Shown here: positions 12,456 to 26,198 of the stretch, piece after piece
Numbering within the stretch: the stretch's first letter is position 1
Layout: each line of letters opens with the position of its first letter
Origin: Perkinsus olseni
Taxonomy: Eukaryota
Direction: 5' to 3'
DNA: 50,648 bases
Assembly: GCA_013115125.1 (NCBI GenBank)
Contig: JABANN010000224.1
Span: forward strand, 1 to 50,648
The notes under the pieces: generated by a model
Database searches by the model: none
What the model was told of the DNA's origin: nothing
Seen by the model: only the letters and a program-made list of their open reading frames with translations
Made by a program: the position numbers and the translations under genes

Positions 12456-12785
12456 GAGACAACGATGGGGACAGCCGGCGTGACAACCGGCAGCGACGCT
12501 AGCTACTAGTGGCTAGCCAATAGGACATCAGGACCCTCCCCAAGGGTCGCAGATCATGCCCCCACTCGACGCGATCCCCCATCGCCTCGACCGTCGATGG
12601 ACTACGGAGTGTACCTCTACCAGTGACTACTAGATGCTAGAAGCCTGGCGGCCGTCCCCCACCAACTTCCGGATGGACTCCGTCCGCACGTTGGCACGCA
12701 GTGTGACACTCGTGGTGACAGCGACACCGTGACACCAGACTGGTGTCACCAGTGTCTTCCCATCTCCATTGTCCCCATCGTGTCA
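12456..12785. repeat. About 270-330 bp element with imperfect terminal inverted repeats (MITE-like), upstream of the secreted-gene copies
   Basis: Left end GAGACAACGATGGGGACA, right end TGTCCCCATCGTGTC(TC), with inner GTGACACC/GCGACACC repeats. Other copies: 14676-14940, about 18977-19274, about 26714-32200 (split by the LTR element), and partial copies at about 32398 and 34935. Confidence 0.5.
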
Positions 12786-13522
12786 CGACTTTGTACCTTC
12801 GTTTAGATATCCCCAATGGCGTAGTGTCATTGGCGTTTGATACCCGGGTCTATCTTGAAGCTGCTGAGTTCGCGCCCGAGCGAGGTTTTCAGTTGTTCGA
12901 GCTGCTGCTCTTTCTGGTCCTCCTCGTTACGTGGAGAATTTCTTTTACTAAGGCATATTTCGGCGCGAATGCTCGGCGGCAAGGCGAAATTGGTCCTACT
13001 AAGGTATAATAATTTTTATGTTTACTACTCCGCTTAGAACTGAACTCATTGCCATCTAGGTCTAAAGAAAGGACTGTCTTAAATAGAGGGGATGTGGAAG
13101 ACCCACCATGAGTGGATCTATCCCGGGCCTCTAACGACCCATCACTGAGTTGACTGCGAAAGAACGGCCATAGCTCGGCCCGAGCAAAGGTACGCGTGCC
13201 GACGGTAGTACGCGAACACACTGGGGCCCCCAGTCTGGGGGGTCTCGAGGGGGTAAAAACAGACAGACGAGTCGGGTGGACCGACCACAACTGGCTGCAC
13301 GACCGCACTGAGCATTGCTCAGGTACGACCACTCGAGATATAGTGCTGATCATCGAGTAGCACTGGCAGTAATGATGATGAGTAGGATCGGCTCATAACC
13401 TCCTTGCCGAAGCGGGGCTCCCCAATGTCGGATACAAAATAGACGCTACAAAATTCTGCAAACGCCAGCCTCAAGGTGTTTGACTAACCAAAGATCAGGA
13501 GGTGAGTAGGCCTCGGAGTGGG

Positions 13523-14198
13523 TCAGTTCCAGTTCATTTCCTCGAGAGCCAAGGTTCTCGTTTCTACCCCTTGCAGATGCAGGTAGACTCTTTCCGGCGT
13601 AGCGGAGAATAAATAGAAGGATGGAGTCCCACCCGTCGGCAGGTCAGATCCTGGACAACTTTCCGCCACACCGCGGATGAAGCTTGCGTAGGTTGCATCA
13701 GCGCCTGGTAGAAAATTAATATTGGTTCTCTCGCCGACGATAAAATTGCTGAGAGATCGTCAAAATCAATTTGAAACTGTCGTCTCCGTCATAGACGTAG
13801 GTACCCGGGACCAGAGGTAGGGCTCTTCTGAGAAAGAATACTTCTTCCCCTTCGAGCAGGGTCGTGAAAGCGGTCAAGCCGTACGCAGCGAGAACGGTCA
13901 AGTCACCATTTAGCATCTGGACTTCCGGAAAAGCATTAGTCATCAGTCTCTCGAAGCGGCCGAAGTTTGGATAGTAAACAGTGTAATCACCATCGTCTTT
14001 GAAGACAGGATATCCAATCTCGACCGAGACCGGCTGCTCGCCACGCCCGTCGAACTGCCATACCGGAAGTTCATCCGACACAGAAGCTCGTATGCTGAGG
14101 GACGACGTTGTAGCCACGTAATCTCCAACGAACTGAGCTCTCGTAGTCACCAGAGCTTGAGCGGCGATAATGAACCAGGTCGCGACGGGTTTCACCAT
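13523..14198 (-). pseudogene. Secreted family copy 2, frameshifted
   Basis: 66 nt present in copy 1 (11478-11543) are replaced by a 10-nt filler TAAAATTGCT (13741-13750). The net loss of 56 nt shifts the frame; the C-terminal half is still recognisable in another frame. Confidence 0.8.
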
Positions 14199-16090
14199 TG
14201 AGAAAGTGGACTGGCTATATAAAAAGTAGCTTCTAAAAATGCAGGAGCGCGGGATTCTTCCGCCGGAAGAGCAGAGAAATCGAATCGGGGGGGGGGGAAG
14301 GGCGACTCTGTTATGTTCCTCAAAGAAAGGTGAGACAAATAGCACAAAGGATGCAGTGGATGTAATGTGCAACTCGTTGCTCGTAGCCGATGTTAGGCAG
14401 GGAAAAAATTATTCATCCAGTTTGGCCTGTTCTACGCGACTCAATAATCGATCGTGTCACACTGTACGGGCTAACCGGCACGCAGAAACTTGTGCGCCAC
14501 CCATGCGCACTGGTCATAGCGATTCAATGACGTAACTTCCCTTCCCGGTGAGTCAACAAAAGAGCCAATGAAAGCTAGTTTGCATACTTGATGCGAAAAC
14601 CCTAAATTCCCAACCGCGGCATTTTTTGCCACGCTGACACGGGAGAAAATGACATTTAGAGAGAGAGAGGAATGAGAGACAACGATGGGGGCAACCGGCG
14701 TGACAACCGGCAGCGACGCTAGCTACTAGTGGCTAGCAAATAGGACAATCCTCTATCGTCTCGACCGCCGACGAAGGACATCGGATTTACTGCGATTACT
14801 AGATTCTAGGCGTCCAGCGGCCGGCATTCACCGAATTACGGATGGACTCTGTCCGGACGTTGGCACCGTTGTCAAACTCGTGGTGACGGCGACAACGTGA
14901 CGCCAGTGTCTTCCCATCTCCATTGTCCCCATCGTGTCTCCTTTGCAGCTTACGCCGTTAAGAGGATCTCCTCAGTCATTTATCCGCTGATAGCACTCGT
15001 TTGCCTTAGCGTCTGAAGGATAGTCTTGAGCTTAGCGGTTTTGAACCGCAGGAAGTCCTCATAAGGAAGTCTGAAGGAAGTCCTTCAGGCTATGGAGACC
15101 GATAATATGAATCATGCGGTGGGGAGCGTACCCGGTGATAAAATTTAAACTCTACATGGGGAGCGGTTCTCGTGAGATCCCTGCTGCATTTCTGGTTCTC
15201 GCTGTTTGGAGGTTTTGACTGCGATTCACGTTATTGGCATTGGAGTATCTGAGTGACCGATTTGACTATCCCCTGGCGTGGCCGCATTCTCTCTGATCTT
15301 GGTTTCGGCGTCAGTCGGTGTGGGCGGAGGAGCCTCTCAGAGAGTTCTCTAGACCTCTCAGAATCCAGTGACAGATTCCTAGTCGGGAGGCCCGAGTAAG
15401 TGCAGCCCTCCCTGTCAACTCTTTCGTTCGCTGATTCTGCCTTCTCTAATCCTGGTAGGCTCATTGCTGCCAAGTGGACCAATCTCATTTCGATTCGGTC
15501 GAAATCGTATTATTCGCATCAGCTTCATTCAATATAGTCCAATCGCGCTTTGCCAAGACTTCTCATCCAAAGAGTTAGTTAAATTCTCTGTGAGGGTGCC
15601 GCTTCGTTCTGCCAGCGGACTTATCTGTGGCCTGAGGGGATCAGTCCGTTGGGGCAGTGTAATTGCGCCCTCTTCGAAATATCGGAAACCATGTTCATCA
15701 TGAACCATCTATCGTTTCGAACGGAACGGCTCTCATTGAAGAAGTACGTACGAGACCGGACTTCGATCGGTCGACGCTCGTTAGCGCTGTTGGCCTATTT
15801 CATGGAGGTTTCCACGCTCTCGAATCGTCTTGAGTCGGACAGGATGTCGCTTGATGCTCTGCAACGGGTCATCGGGTCGAATTTTCTCGGCCTCCGTTTG
15901 CTCGTTTTTCGTTTGTAAGAGGATGCCTTCTTAATCGTCACTGACGATTCGTCAGCGATGGTAAGCAGTTGCATTTGTATCTCTTACGGGCTTCCTGATT
16001 CTGTTGGGGTCTGGAGTCCGGACTCTGACCGCGTGTAGCATAGTCGATCCTTGCTATTGAGGTTTTCCTTGTAGGATGTGGTTGGTCATC

Positions 16091-16850
16091 ATGTTTGCCG
16101 AGCCCCTCTTCATCCTCAAGCTCCGCTACAGCGCCAAGTCTCTGCGTTGCCGCTGTCCTCTGGAGACTGTCAAGGCCGTCAGCGACTTGTACAGGTGAGA
16201 AAACTCCTCAGTGGTAGCTGTGCGGTTCCATCCTTGACCCTCAGTCTGATCGAGGAGGCCTGGCCGGCATTACATGGGTCTAATTACACCGTGCAAGACT
16301 TGCACTGCAAGTTCATAAGGGCACTGATTCATCCTCGTACGCTGAAGGCACCAAGAATGGCACTCTGCTCCACAGTCATGGTGTGATGCATGCTGGGTCT
16401 CCCAAGGAGCTTCGGCTGAACGTTAAAGGTGGTCCTGAAGCTATCCCGGTGAAAAGCCGCTCCTCGAGCCCTCCGAAGCCTATGGACGGCCATACAGTTG
16501 CTGTTCTGCACTTGGACAGCTGCCACGGCTGCGGGTTGGCACCGATTATCGGACGTTAGTAGGCCCGGCCACTCGATTTTTAGTGTTGCACAATCCTGTC
16601 TCCCTCTGTTACAGATGCTCAACCTGCTCGAACTTCGTGTTCTGTTCCCGTTGTTATGAGCACCATGATCAGAGCCTCACACTCACAGTGGTCGGTCTAG
16701 CCGTCAATGGGATTATCCCATTATCCCATCATCTCAACTGTCCCATTGGGATATGGGACAGTTGAGATGATGCTGCCGTATGTGAGGGATTCTTAGTAAC
16801 AAGTAAGTAGCCCGTAATACGGGAGATGCGTAGTGTTGGTTCCGCATCAT
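16091..16850 (+). pseudogene. 5' half of a paralog-E-type ZZ gene, disrupted
   Basis: Starts MFAEPLFILKLRY and closely matches 39394-40070, but carries small insertions and frameshifts, including a fold-back at 16727-16772. Truncated after the first ZZ. Confidence 0.75.
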
Positions 16851-17849
16851 GGCCAGCCTGGCCACGACATGACCGTGGCCAGTCGCGGGAAAGTGTATCA
16901 CAAAAAACTTCGTGGTAGTTCTCGTGAAAACCCGGTCGTCCACACTGAGATCCCCCTGGAAACGCTTCGCATGCACCTTCAGTTCCTTTTCACCTCCCAC
17001 GAAGTTGCCGTTGAAAACCAGTGCCTCCGGGCTCGAACGACTTTGTACCTTCGTTCAAACACCCCCCCCCCCACCATGTTTTCGAGTTTCTGGATATCCG
17101 AATTCATGTCAGACTGGCTCCATGGTACCCGAAGCAGCGTTCCCCTAACGATCATATCAACCTTGCGTTTGGTAACCCGGTCTACCTTAAAACCGCTGAG
17201 TTGCCGCCGAGCGAGTCCTGCAATTCTTCGAGCTGCCGCTCTTTTTGGTCCTCCTCGTTACGTGAGAAATTTGTTTTGCTTGAGCTGCTTTAGTAGAGCA
17301 CATTAGGGCACGGATGCTCAGCGGTAATGCCCAGTTGATCTTACTAAATATTTATATCTAAATGTTTACTACGCCGCTTAGGACTGAACTCATTGCCACC
17401 TGGGTCTAAAGAAAGGACTGTCTTGAATAGAGGGGGTGTGGAAGACCCACCATGAGTGGATCTATCCCGGGCCTCTAACGACCCATCACTGATTTGACTG
17501 ACAAAGAACGGCCATAGCTCGGCCCGAGCAGAAGTACAGTGCCGGCGGGAGTATGCGAAGACACCGAGGCGGTGATGGGGCGGAAAGATTCAGACGAGTC
17601 GGTCACCACGACTAGCGCACACGACCTCACTGAGCATTGCTTAGGTGTGACCATCTGAGATATAGTGCTGGTGATTAGCACTTGCAGTAATAATAATGGG
17701 TAGAACCGCGTCATAACCTCCTTGCAGAAGTGGACGGTTACCAGTGTGAAGTACAAAATAGATGCCACAAGATTCTGCAAATGCCAGCCTCAAAATGTTC
17801 GCCCATTCAAAGGTCATGAGGTAAGGAGGCTACGGAGTAGAGCGAGCCT

Positions 17850-18525
17850 TTATTTACACTGGAATTTGTTGAGAGCCAAGGTCCTCGTTTTGTGCCCTTG
17901 CAGATGCAGGTAGACTCTATCTTTAGTAGCTGAGAATACATAAAAGGAAGGAGTACCCCCCGTCGGCAGGTCAGATCCTGGACAACTCTCCGCCACATCG
18001 CGGATGAAGCTTGCGTAGTCTGCATTTGCGCCCTTTAAAAACTGAATGTTGGTTCTCTCGCCGTCCTCAAAATCACCGAATCGTTCTCCGCGAGCGGCAT
18101 CTCGAAATCTGATGTTCAGAAAGACGCTTGGAATATTCCCAGTATCCACCTCCAAGGTCACTTGCATGTCACCGTCGTCGAAGAGGTATGTACCCGGTCT
18201 CAGAGGAAGGGCCTTTCTGAGAAAGAATACCTCTTCCCCTTCGAGTAAAGTCTTGAAAAAGATCTCGTCGTACGGAGCCAAATGTTTCAAGTCGTCATCT
18301 CTTATTTGGACGCCCGGAAAAGTTTCAGTGATCAACTTTTTGAAGGGGCCGAAGTCTGAATGATCAACAGAGTAATCACCAGTCGAAGTCTAATTCGACG
18401 GAACCAGCAGACACAGAAGCTCGTATGGAAAAGGACGACGTAGACGCGAAGTATTCTCCAATGAATTGAGCGCTTGCAGTCACCAGAGTGTGGATTATGA
18501 GCCAAGTCGCGACGGTTTTCACCAT
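17850..18525 (-). pseudogene. Secreted family copy 3, frameshifted
   Basis: MVKTVATWL start at 18525. A deletion near 18380 splits the gene into ORFs 18376-18585 and 17850-18335. Confidence 0.75.
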
Positions 18526-19760
18526 TGGGAGAGTAGAGTAGTAGAAAAAAGTAGCTCTTAAAAATGAAGGAGCGCCCACGAGCAAATGAATTGATTCAGG
18601 GGGGTTCGTTATGTGCCTCAGAGAGAGCTGAGAAAAATAGCGGGAAGGATGATATGTGCAACTCGAAGCTTGTAGCCGATGTGACGGAAAGGAAACAATA
18701 ATCTATCCAGTTCGGTCCCTTTCCCGCTACCGAATAATCGATCACGCCGCACTGTCCGGGCTAGCTCGCACGCATAAACTTGGGCGCCACCCTTGCGCAC
18801 TGGTCATAGTAATTGAACGACATAACTACCCTGTCCGATTGAGGCAACTGGAAAGACAATGGCTGATAGTTTGCATACGGGCCGTAAAGATCATAGATCC
18901 CCAACCGCAGCATTTGCTACGCCGACACGCCGTGTCGGACACGGGGGAACAGGACATTTATGGAAAAAGTACATCGGGGGACAACCATGGGTACAACCGG
19001 CGTGACACCGGGGGTGACGCTAGTGAATGGGACATCTGGACCCGAACCTAGGGTCGTAGATCATGCCCCCGCTCGAGGCAATCCCCTATCGCCACGGGCC
19101 CTCCGTCGATGTACTACGGAGTGCACCTCTACCAGTGGCTTCTTGATACTAGTAAGTCTGGCGGGCGACCTCCACCAAGTTCCAGATAGGCTGCGTCCGC
19201 AAGTTTTGCACCCACTGTGACACCTGGTGACGACGTCACTGTCTTCCCGCCTCCATTGTCCCCATCCTGTCTCCTCTGCAACCTACGTCTTTGATAGCAA
19301 TCCCTCAGTTATCGGCTGACAGCACTCGTTTTTCTTAGCGTCTGAGGGGTAGGATACGGCTCAACGGTTCTGAATCGGAGCTATTCCAGGCAGTCCTCGA
19401 GTGAAGCAATCCTGGTCGGATTCGGTCCTTTATCAACAACCTATTGAGTATCATCCAATCGCGTATTTTCAAGACTTTTTACTCAACGAGTCAGCTAATT
19501 TCTCTTTACTTGCGCCTTTGTCGAGTTATCGTTTAACCATGTTTATTATGAGTAAAACCATCAGTTGTTCCGAACGAAATCCACTTTATCGAAGAAGTAC
19601 GTACGAGACCGGGCTTCTATTGGTGGACGCTTATCAGCGCTGTTGGCGTATTTCACGGAGCTTCCCACACTCTCGCATCGTGTTGAGTCGGAGAGGATGT
19701 CGCTTGCTGCTCTGCAACAAGTCCTATGGTCCAGGTCTTTCTCTCCGTTTCCTTTCCCAT

Positions 19761-21735
19761 ATGAAAGAGGATGCCTTCTTCATCGTTAAGCTCGTCTATG
19801 GGAAGGAGTCCCTCCAGTGTAGGTGCCCGGAGAGAACAGTTCACAGTGTTGGAGAGCTCCATAGGTAACAAGCAGCCCTGTTGTGAATCGGAGCGTGCTT
19901 TTCCTGTCTCAGGTTGATACAGGAGGCATGGCCGAGTCTGAAGTCGATCCCCTACAAGGTGGCTTTCCGTGGCGGTCAAGACCTAGACACCTGGGCACAT
20001 GACTACCCCACTTCGGGTCTGCTCTCGGAAGGGCTCGCTGACCTGGTGTATATGTTCCCTCGGTTGAAGCTCCGTGTCACGGCGTCGCAGAAAGTGAAAG
20101 TATCTTCGAGTCCGAAGAATAAACCACAACCAATGGATGGCCATAAGCCTGCTTCCATCCACTTGCAGAGCTGCCAGGGCTGCCAGATGTTCCCTATTGT
20201 GGGACGGAGGTAGGCGCGACTGCGTCATGAACAGAGCAACTGGGTTTCGTCAGTTTCAACTGCACGACCTGCCCTTCGGGGGTGCTCTGTGCATGGTGTT
20301 TTGATGATCATGATAAGAGCCATACCATAACACCACTAACTTTGTCCTTTGATGGGGTATGGGAAGGGAAGTTCCTCAAGCAGAACGCGCAAGATATGAT
20401 GGCCATTCTCAGAGAGAGGCACCGACCGTGGTCAGGGGACATAGTGAAGTGATTGAGGGCTCTGGAGGCTGGCAGCTTTCAGCTTTGTATTCGCCTCAGT
20501 TTCAATTCTATTCAAGGCGGGGAGAACCCACTTCCTTCGATGGTTGCTGAGGTCTTCTCCAAATCGGAGTCGCATCATGAAGCGATCGCCTCCACTCTAT
20601 GGGATGATGGGGAGGCCTTACTGTGCTACAGGCCGTACTGTCATGCTTCCAGGGCGTCAGCTCCTAGAATGCGGAAGTGAGTTTCCGACTTGACTCGGCT
20701 CGACTGGACCGACATGTCAGATTCCAGTGTGACGGCCGAGGAGATATCAACCTCTGCGACGCCTGCTTCATCCTGTGGGAGGATGATATCCTGAAGATAG
20801 CCTATAAATGCTCCAGGGTGTTGCTGGCGGGAGCTTGGAATCCAGCCGGGAAGGGTCCCTGGCGGCCAGTCCACTATGGTGTTACCTGCGGGGAGTGCGG
20901 AATGTGTCCAATCCGAGGGCGGAGGTGAGCAGGGGGAAGTGATGCTGTGGGAGCGTTCTCGGATGAATTATAGTTCTCAAGTTAGTTCCTGGTGGTGCGT
21001 CTGACCCTCCTTAGTGGACCTTATATAACCGGCAATGGGAATTGCTGTTTTACCGTCGTCACTTATGCGCGCCACTTCGCAGGTACCACTGCGACTTCTG
21101 TACGGAGCATGATCTATGCGAAGGGTGCTACACTGAGAAGGCCAATGCCAACCATAGAAATACTCATCTCTTCACTCTGGTGGTTAAGCCCATCAAGGTA
21201 TGGACGGTGCAGATAAGAGAGCCCAAGGGCACGCTGATGAGCACCATACCTTGTGAAAGGTGTGGTCAGCTTCCTACTGGAGGCGCTACGTAAGCCAGTG
21301 GGCTTCAAGGAGTACTCCAGCGGCTGTTTGCAGTAATATCTTTCGCTTCACTCAGTTACAGCACAGTAGCATTACCAGATTCCCACTACTGTCTGCCATG
21401 CTACCGCGAAGGACTTCGGTTCGAGGCGTTGTGTGTGCGGGGACCTTACAATGCCCAGTACTATCCTGTTAACAGAGGGGCTTTCAAGATACGCCAGAAA
21501 CAATTGGAAGCTCTGGAAAGTAGGAGTTGCGAGGGGTTTGATGTGATTGATCCCTCGTTGTTGCATCGCAGATTCGTTAGCAAGCTCGTGGCTGATGCAG
21601 CCGCTCGATAGGCAGTTGAACGGACAGGATCCCTACCCTCCCGAGGCAAACCATGCTCCTAACCCGGTGAGCGACTGGGCCGCTACTCATCTTCAGCAGG
21701 AGTCACTGTGGTTCTCTTCAGGTTTTATGGGCTGA
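19761..21735 (+). CDS. PB1/ubiquitin-like plus multi-ZZ protein, paralog C (multi-exon; last exon may reach about 22170)
   Basis: MKEDAFFIVKLVYGKESLQCR.../LIQEAWPSL; IHLQSCQGCQMFPIVGRR/FNCTTC; HYGVTCGECGMCPIRGRR/YHCDFCTEHDLCEGCY..H...H. Intron positions match paralogs B, D and E. Confidence 0.7.
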
Positions 21736-22168
21736 CGAGCCACCAAGAGTAGCTAAGCCACACCACCGTACTTTACTCTATCCCCCATCACAATAGCCTC
21801 TTGGCTATTGCTAGCTTCTCCAACCACTCTAAACCTTTATTGCTTTGTCGCTGTCCTCCAATCCTCTTCTTTTTGTGTTGTCTTTGTCACCGGGTTGAAG
21901 TGCATGCTGCTAGGCGATTTGAACTCTAAGATTATCCTATTACTTATCCTCCCAGCACCTGCCTCCGCATCAAGCTAGCGTGGGAGTCTGGAGACATGTC
22001 GCGCGCCTGGAATCATCCTTGTGGTCAAAAAGATGGACAGGCGTGCTGGGCCGATGAGACATTGGATGACAGAGTGAGTCCGTTGATCGTTCTCGCCGTC
22101 ACCCCTGCACACTACTCCTGGGTGCTGGAGTATTGCTTTCCGTGTCAGCCTCTCGTTCCCTTGGAGTG

Positions 22169-24252
22169 ATGCTGGATGACTACGTCCTCAAAGTGAACTA
22201 TGGAGGAGAGTCTCTCCGTATCAAACTGAAAGCGGAGAAGTTCAGAACTCTGGCTCACTTGAAGGGGTGAGTCGCAGGGATCCCTCTTGCAGTTGTAGCG
22301 GCCGGACTATTTTGCTTGGGGTTCTTTGAAGCCTTGTCTGTGCGTTCTTAGTGACGGGTCGTTTCTCAAAGTTCATTCCGTTTAGGTTGATCTCCGCGGC
22401 ATGGCCGTTCCTCGGTGAGGACGAGTGGAAGATCATTCGCCCTGACGGCGGCGTACTGGGACAGAGAAATCTTAAGAACTCGGTGGTCAGTCTGTTGTCA
22501 GAGGAAGTCAAGGATCCCTCTGGTCATGCCCCTGAGATCAAGCTCAAGGTTGTCCCGTCTGGGGAGTCTGTTGTGCCGGCCCCGACCGTGAGACAAGGGT
22601 CGGATGGCGATGGGCTGCAGGCTCTTGACGGCCATCCATTGGCTTTGGCGTATTGGGAAACGTGCGACGGATGCAAGATGTTTCCGATCATAGGAAAATT
22701 GTGAGAATATTCTCAGGACCGTCTGCTTGACCTAATTCTGTAACTTTTTTATCAGGTACATCTGCTTTACCTGCGGCCAAGTGGATTTATGCTATGCTTG
22801 TCGCAAGGGGCATCCCGGAAGCCACAAGCTCATCGACTACTCCCCATCCCTCGACGGTCTGTGGGACAACCGCGGCCTTGTCGAAAGTCTGCACCAGCAA
22901 GCTCTGAAGTTGAGGGTGCTGGCTGGTCCGACGGCACAGCCGAAGTTCGAGTGAGCCATGCTGTGGGAAGCTTTCCCGGTGGGCCTCAAGGGCGCGCGTT
23001 TCTTCAGGTTCGAAGATATCCAGAAGAATGCTCAATCCTCTCTGCCACCAATGGCTGCCCGCACCTTTGACGAGGATGAAATACCGGATAACATACCCGA
23101 CCGTACATGTTACCGAGACAGGGGCAAGGCAATTGACTTCTCGATCTTCTGCCACAGCTGTACCGCCATTGTTCCGGTCGCTAGGAGGTGACCTGGGGGG
23201 ATCTGCCGACCTCTGCTGCGCTACCGACGGTCCAGGTTCAAGACCGACACACGCGCTGCCATCAATCTGTGTGACACGTGTTACCTCCTCCATAAAGACA
23301 GGATCCTAGCGTTGGCCTATAAGTGTTCGAGAATATGGCCGCGGATCCACATGTGCCGAGTGCGGAAGGTCCCCGATCACCGGCGCCAGGTGAGTAACCG
23401 CTCTCGACCCTCGGCGTCGCGGTCATCTCGCGGCTTGATTCGAGTTGTTGAACAGAACCGAGGCCTGATGGAGGGCGTATGTATCATCAGGTACACCTGT
23501 ATCGTCTGCTCGGAGTTCGACCTTTGCTCTCGATGCTACCACAGTGGTGATCAAGCCAGTCACAAGGAAAACCATGCCTTCGCCTTGGTTGCCAAGGCGG
23601 TGCCTCTGTGGTCGTTGAAGATCAGGGAGCCTAGGGGAACTCCGATTGGGGAGATGAGCTGCAAGATGTGTGGCAACCATCCGCAGGACGGAGCGAGGTG
23701 GGTGTAGATGTCCCAGCCTACGCCATACGAATCACAGTAGGTATCGGATGAAGTTCGATCCGCCCGACAGCCGTAACGCCCTGTATTGCCAAACGTGCTA
23801 TCAGAAGATGCTCCAGAAGGAGGCGCTGCAGCTGAGGGCGCCTTTGGGCAGTGGAAGCCGCAATCCCCTGCCGTGGGCTCAATCGGCGAGGACGAGGAGT
23901 AGAACTTTACGCTTGGCTTTGACGAGTAGACCTGCTAGGTTCACAGCTCTAAGTGAATATGTTGTTTGTGTCGCAGCTTCGCTCGCCTCCCGGCTGAACA
24001 CTCACCCGCCCGTCATACAGATGATCCGAAGGCTCGCTCATCAGGTCGGACATTTCGATATTGATGACGATGATTCGGACTCGGTAAGTGGCAAGGGATC
24101 AGTCCCCAGCTTCGCTCTTTCTGCTCAACACTCGCTGTGGCTTCGCCATGTTGCTCCGTGACCTCTTCCTGTGTTGTCAGTTGGAGTGGGCGGTCGAGCC
24201 TCCCAAGGTTCTCAAGGCTGAGCGCAGGGTGTATGATGGGCCTGAGAGATGA
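22169..24252 (+). CDS. PB1/ubiquitin-like plus multi-ZZ protein, paralog D (multi-exon)
   Basis: MLDDYVLKVNYGGESLRIKL.../LISAAWPFL; YWETCDGCKMFPIIGKL/YICFTCGQVDLCYAC; YTCIVCSEFDLCSRCY..H...H. The last exon LEWAVEPPKVLKAERRVYDGPER* is homologous to the last exon of paralog E. Confidence 0.7.
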
Positions 24253-24632
24253 ACGTTCCCATGATGCTTCGTTAAGCTGAGTGCTTTTATGCTATTCATA
24301 GAATTTCGTCAGATCTTTCTTCATCATCGACGATCCGATTCTATCTATTCCACATGATCAGCCGGATAACAAAAGACTCTTCTCAAGTGGAGATTCTTGA
24401 GTTTCGCATAGAGTCAAGCGGCCACGGCCATGTCTCCTGGAGTTGAGGGCCTGTGCTCCATATGGTGCGATCCGATGATGGCGCGTTCATCGTTTGTGGC
24501 AGCCCTAGTAACAGTTCAGTCTAGCAGCCTATATCTCTGACGGGCTTTCTGACCCTGCTGTGATCTGGGAAGTGTAGCATAGTCGATCCTCATTATTGAG
24601 GTTGTTGTTGTAGTCGGGTGTGATTGGTCATC

Positions 24633-24770
24633 ATGTTTGCCGACTCCTTTGTGCTCAAGCTCCGCTACGGCGCCGAGTCCGTACGCTGCCGCTGTCCTAT
24701 GAAGACTATCAAGGCCGTCAGCGACTTGTATGGGTGAGGAAACTCCCCAGTGATAGTTGAACGATTCCGT
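24633..24770 (+). pseudogene. Exon-1 relic of a paralog-E-type ZZ gene
   Basis: MFADSFVLKLRYGAES... matches the sequence from 39394, then switches to the secreted-gene cassette sequence. Confidence 0.7.
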
Positions 24771-25459
24771 CGCTAATTCGTTAATCCATCATTAAGTGCT
24801 CGCTCAGCTCAGCGACTTCTTCAGGTCTTCGAGCTGCCGCTCTTTTTGGTCCTCCTCATCTCGTGGGAAATTCTCTCAACTGAGGCATATTCCCGCGCGG
24901 ATACTCGGCGGCGGCGCCGCCGCGGTGCGGCGAAATTGATCTCACTAAGGTATAATGATTATTATGTTCACTACTCCGCTTAGGACTGAACTCATTACAA
25001 TCTGGATGTAAAGAAAGGGCTAACTTGAATAGTGGGGCGTGGCATCCACCATGAGTGGAACTATCCCGGGCCCCTAACGACTCATCACTGAGCTGACTGA
25101 CAAAGAACGGCCATAGCTCGGCCCAAGCAAAAATACGCGTACCGACATAGGTACGCAAACACACTGAGCGGTCCCCAGCGTGGGGTCACACCAGGGGTCA
25201 GGAGACAGACGAGTCCGCCACCACGACTGACTGAACGACCGCATTGCTCAGGTGCAACCGTCAAAGATAAAATGCTGATCACTGGTTAGCAGTGGCAGCA
25301 ATGATAATGGGCAAGGCCGAGTTATAACCTCTCTGCGGGAGCGAGCGTTTACCCAGGTCGAATACAAAATAGGTGCTACAAGATTCTGCAAACGCCAGCC
25401 TCAAAGTCTTCGACCATTTAAAGACTATGAGGTAAGAAGGGCTCGAAGCGGAGCGCCTT

Positions 25460-26198
25460 TACTGGATTCTGTCGAGAGCCAAGGTCTTCGTTCGTAGCCC
25501 TTCTAGTTGCAGGTAGACTCTACTTGGCGTAGCTGAGAGTACAAAAAATGAAGGTTTCCCCCCCGTCGGCAGGTCAGATCCTGGACAATTTTCCGCCACG
25601 CCGCGGATGAAGCTTCTGAATCTGAATCTGAAGGGTCTGCATCTCCGCCAGGTAAAAACTGAATGTTGGTAGCTCCGCCGACGGTTAAATCACTAAATCG
25701 TTTACCACGACTTGCATCCGGGCATCTGAAGGTCATAAATACGCTGGCAGGAGTAATCCTCAAGGTCAATCGGAAGCTGTCTCCTTGGTCATAGACATAT
25801 ATACCTCCCCTCAGAGGTAGGCCTTCTCTAAAAAAGATTAGCTCTTCCCCTGCAAGTACAGTCTGGAAGGAGATCAAGCTGTACTGAGCCAGATCGGTCA
25901 AGTCACCGTCCTGCATCTGCACTTCCGGGAAGGCACTAGTGAACAAGCTTTTGAAGAGGCCGAAGTCTGGATAGTCGACAGTGTACTTATCAGAATCTCC
26001 TTCGAGAGGAAATTCAATCTTGATCGAGACCTTTGGCCCGGCACGCCGCTTGAACTCCCATATGAGGGAACCATCCGACACAGAAGCTCGCATCTTGAGG
26101 GTTGACGTAGACGCTGAGTAATCCCCAAGGGGCTGAGCACTCGTGGTCACCAGAGCCAGAGTGGCGATGACGAACCAAGTCGCGGCGGGTTTCACCAT
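25460..26198 (-). pseudogene. Secreted family copy 4, with a late frameshift
   Basis: MVKPAATWF start. A short repetitive insertion (TCTGAA repeats, about 25615-25635) moves the last quarter of the gene out of frame. It could still encode a 231-aa variant. Confidence 0.7.

Noticed and set aside
19038-19048. GGTTCGGGTCC on the - strand, like a Pol III B box, inside the TIR element
   Set aside because: No T-stem pairing or A box, and it is not conserved in the 12.5 kb and 35.0 kb copies.
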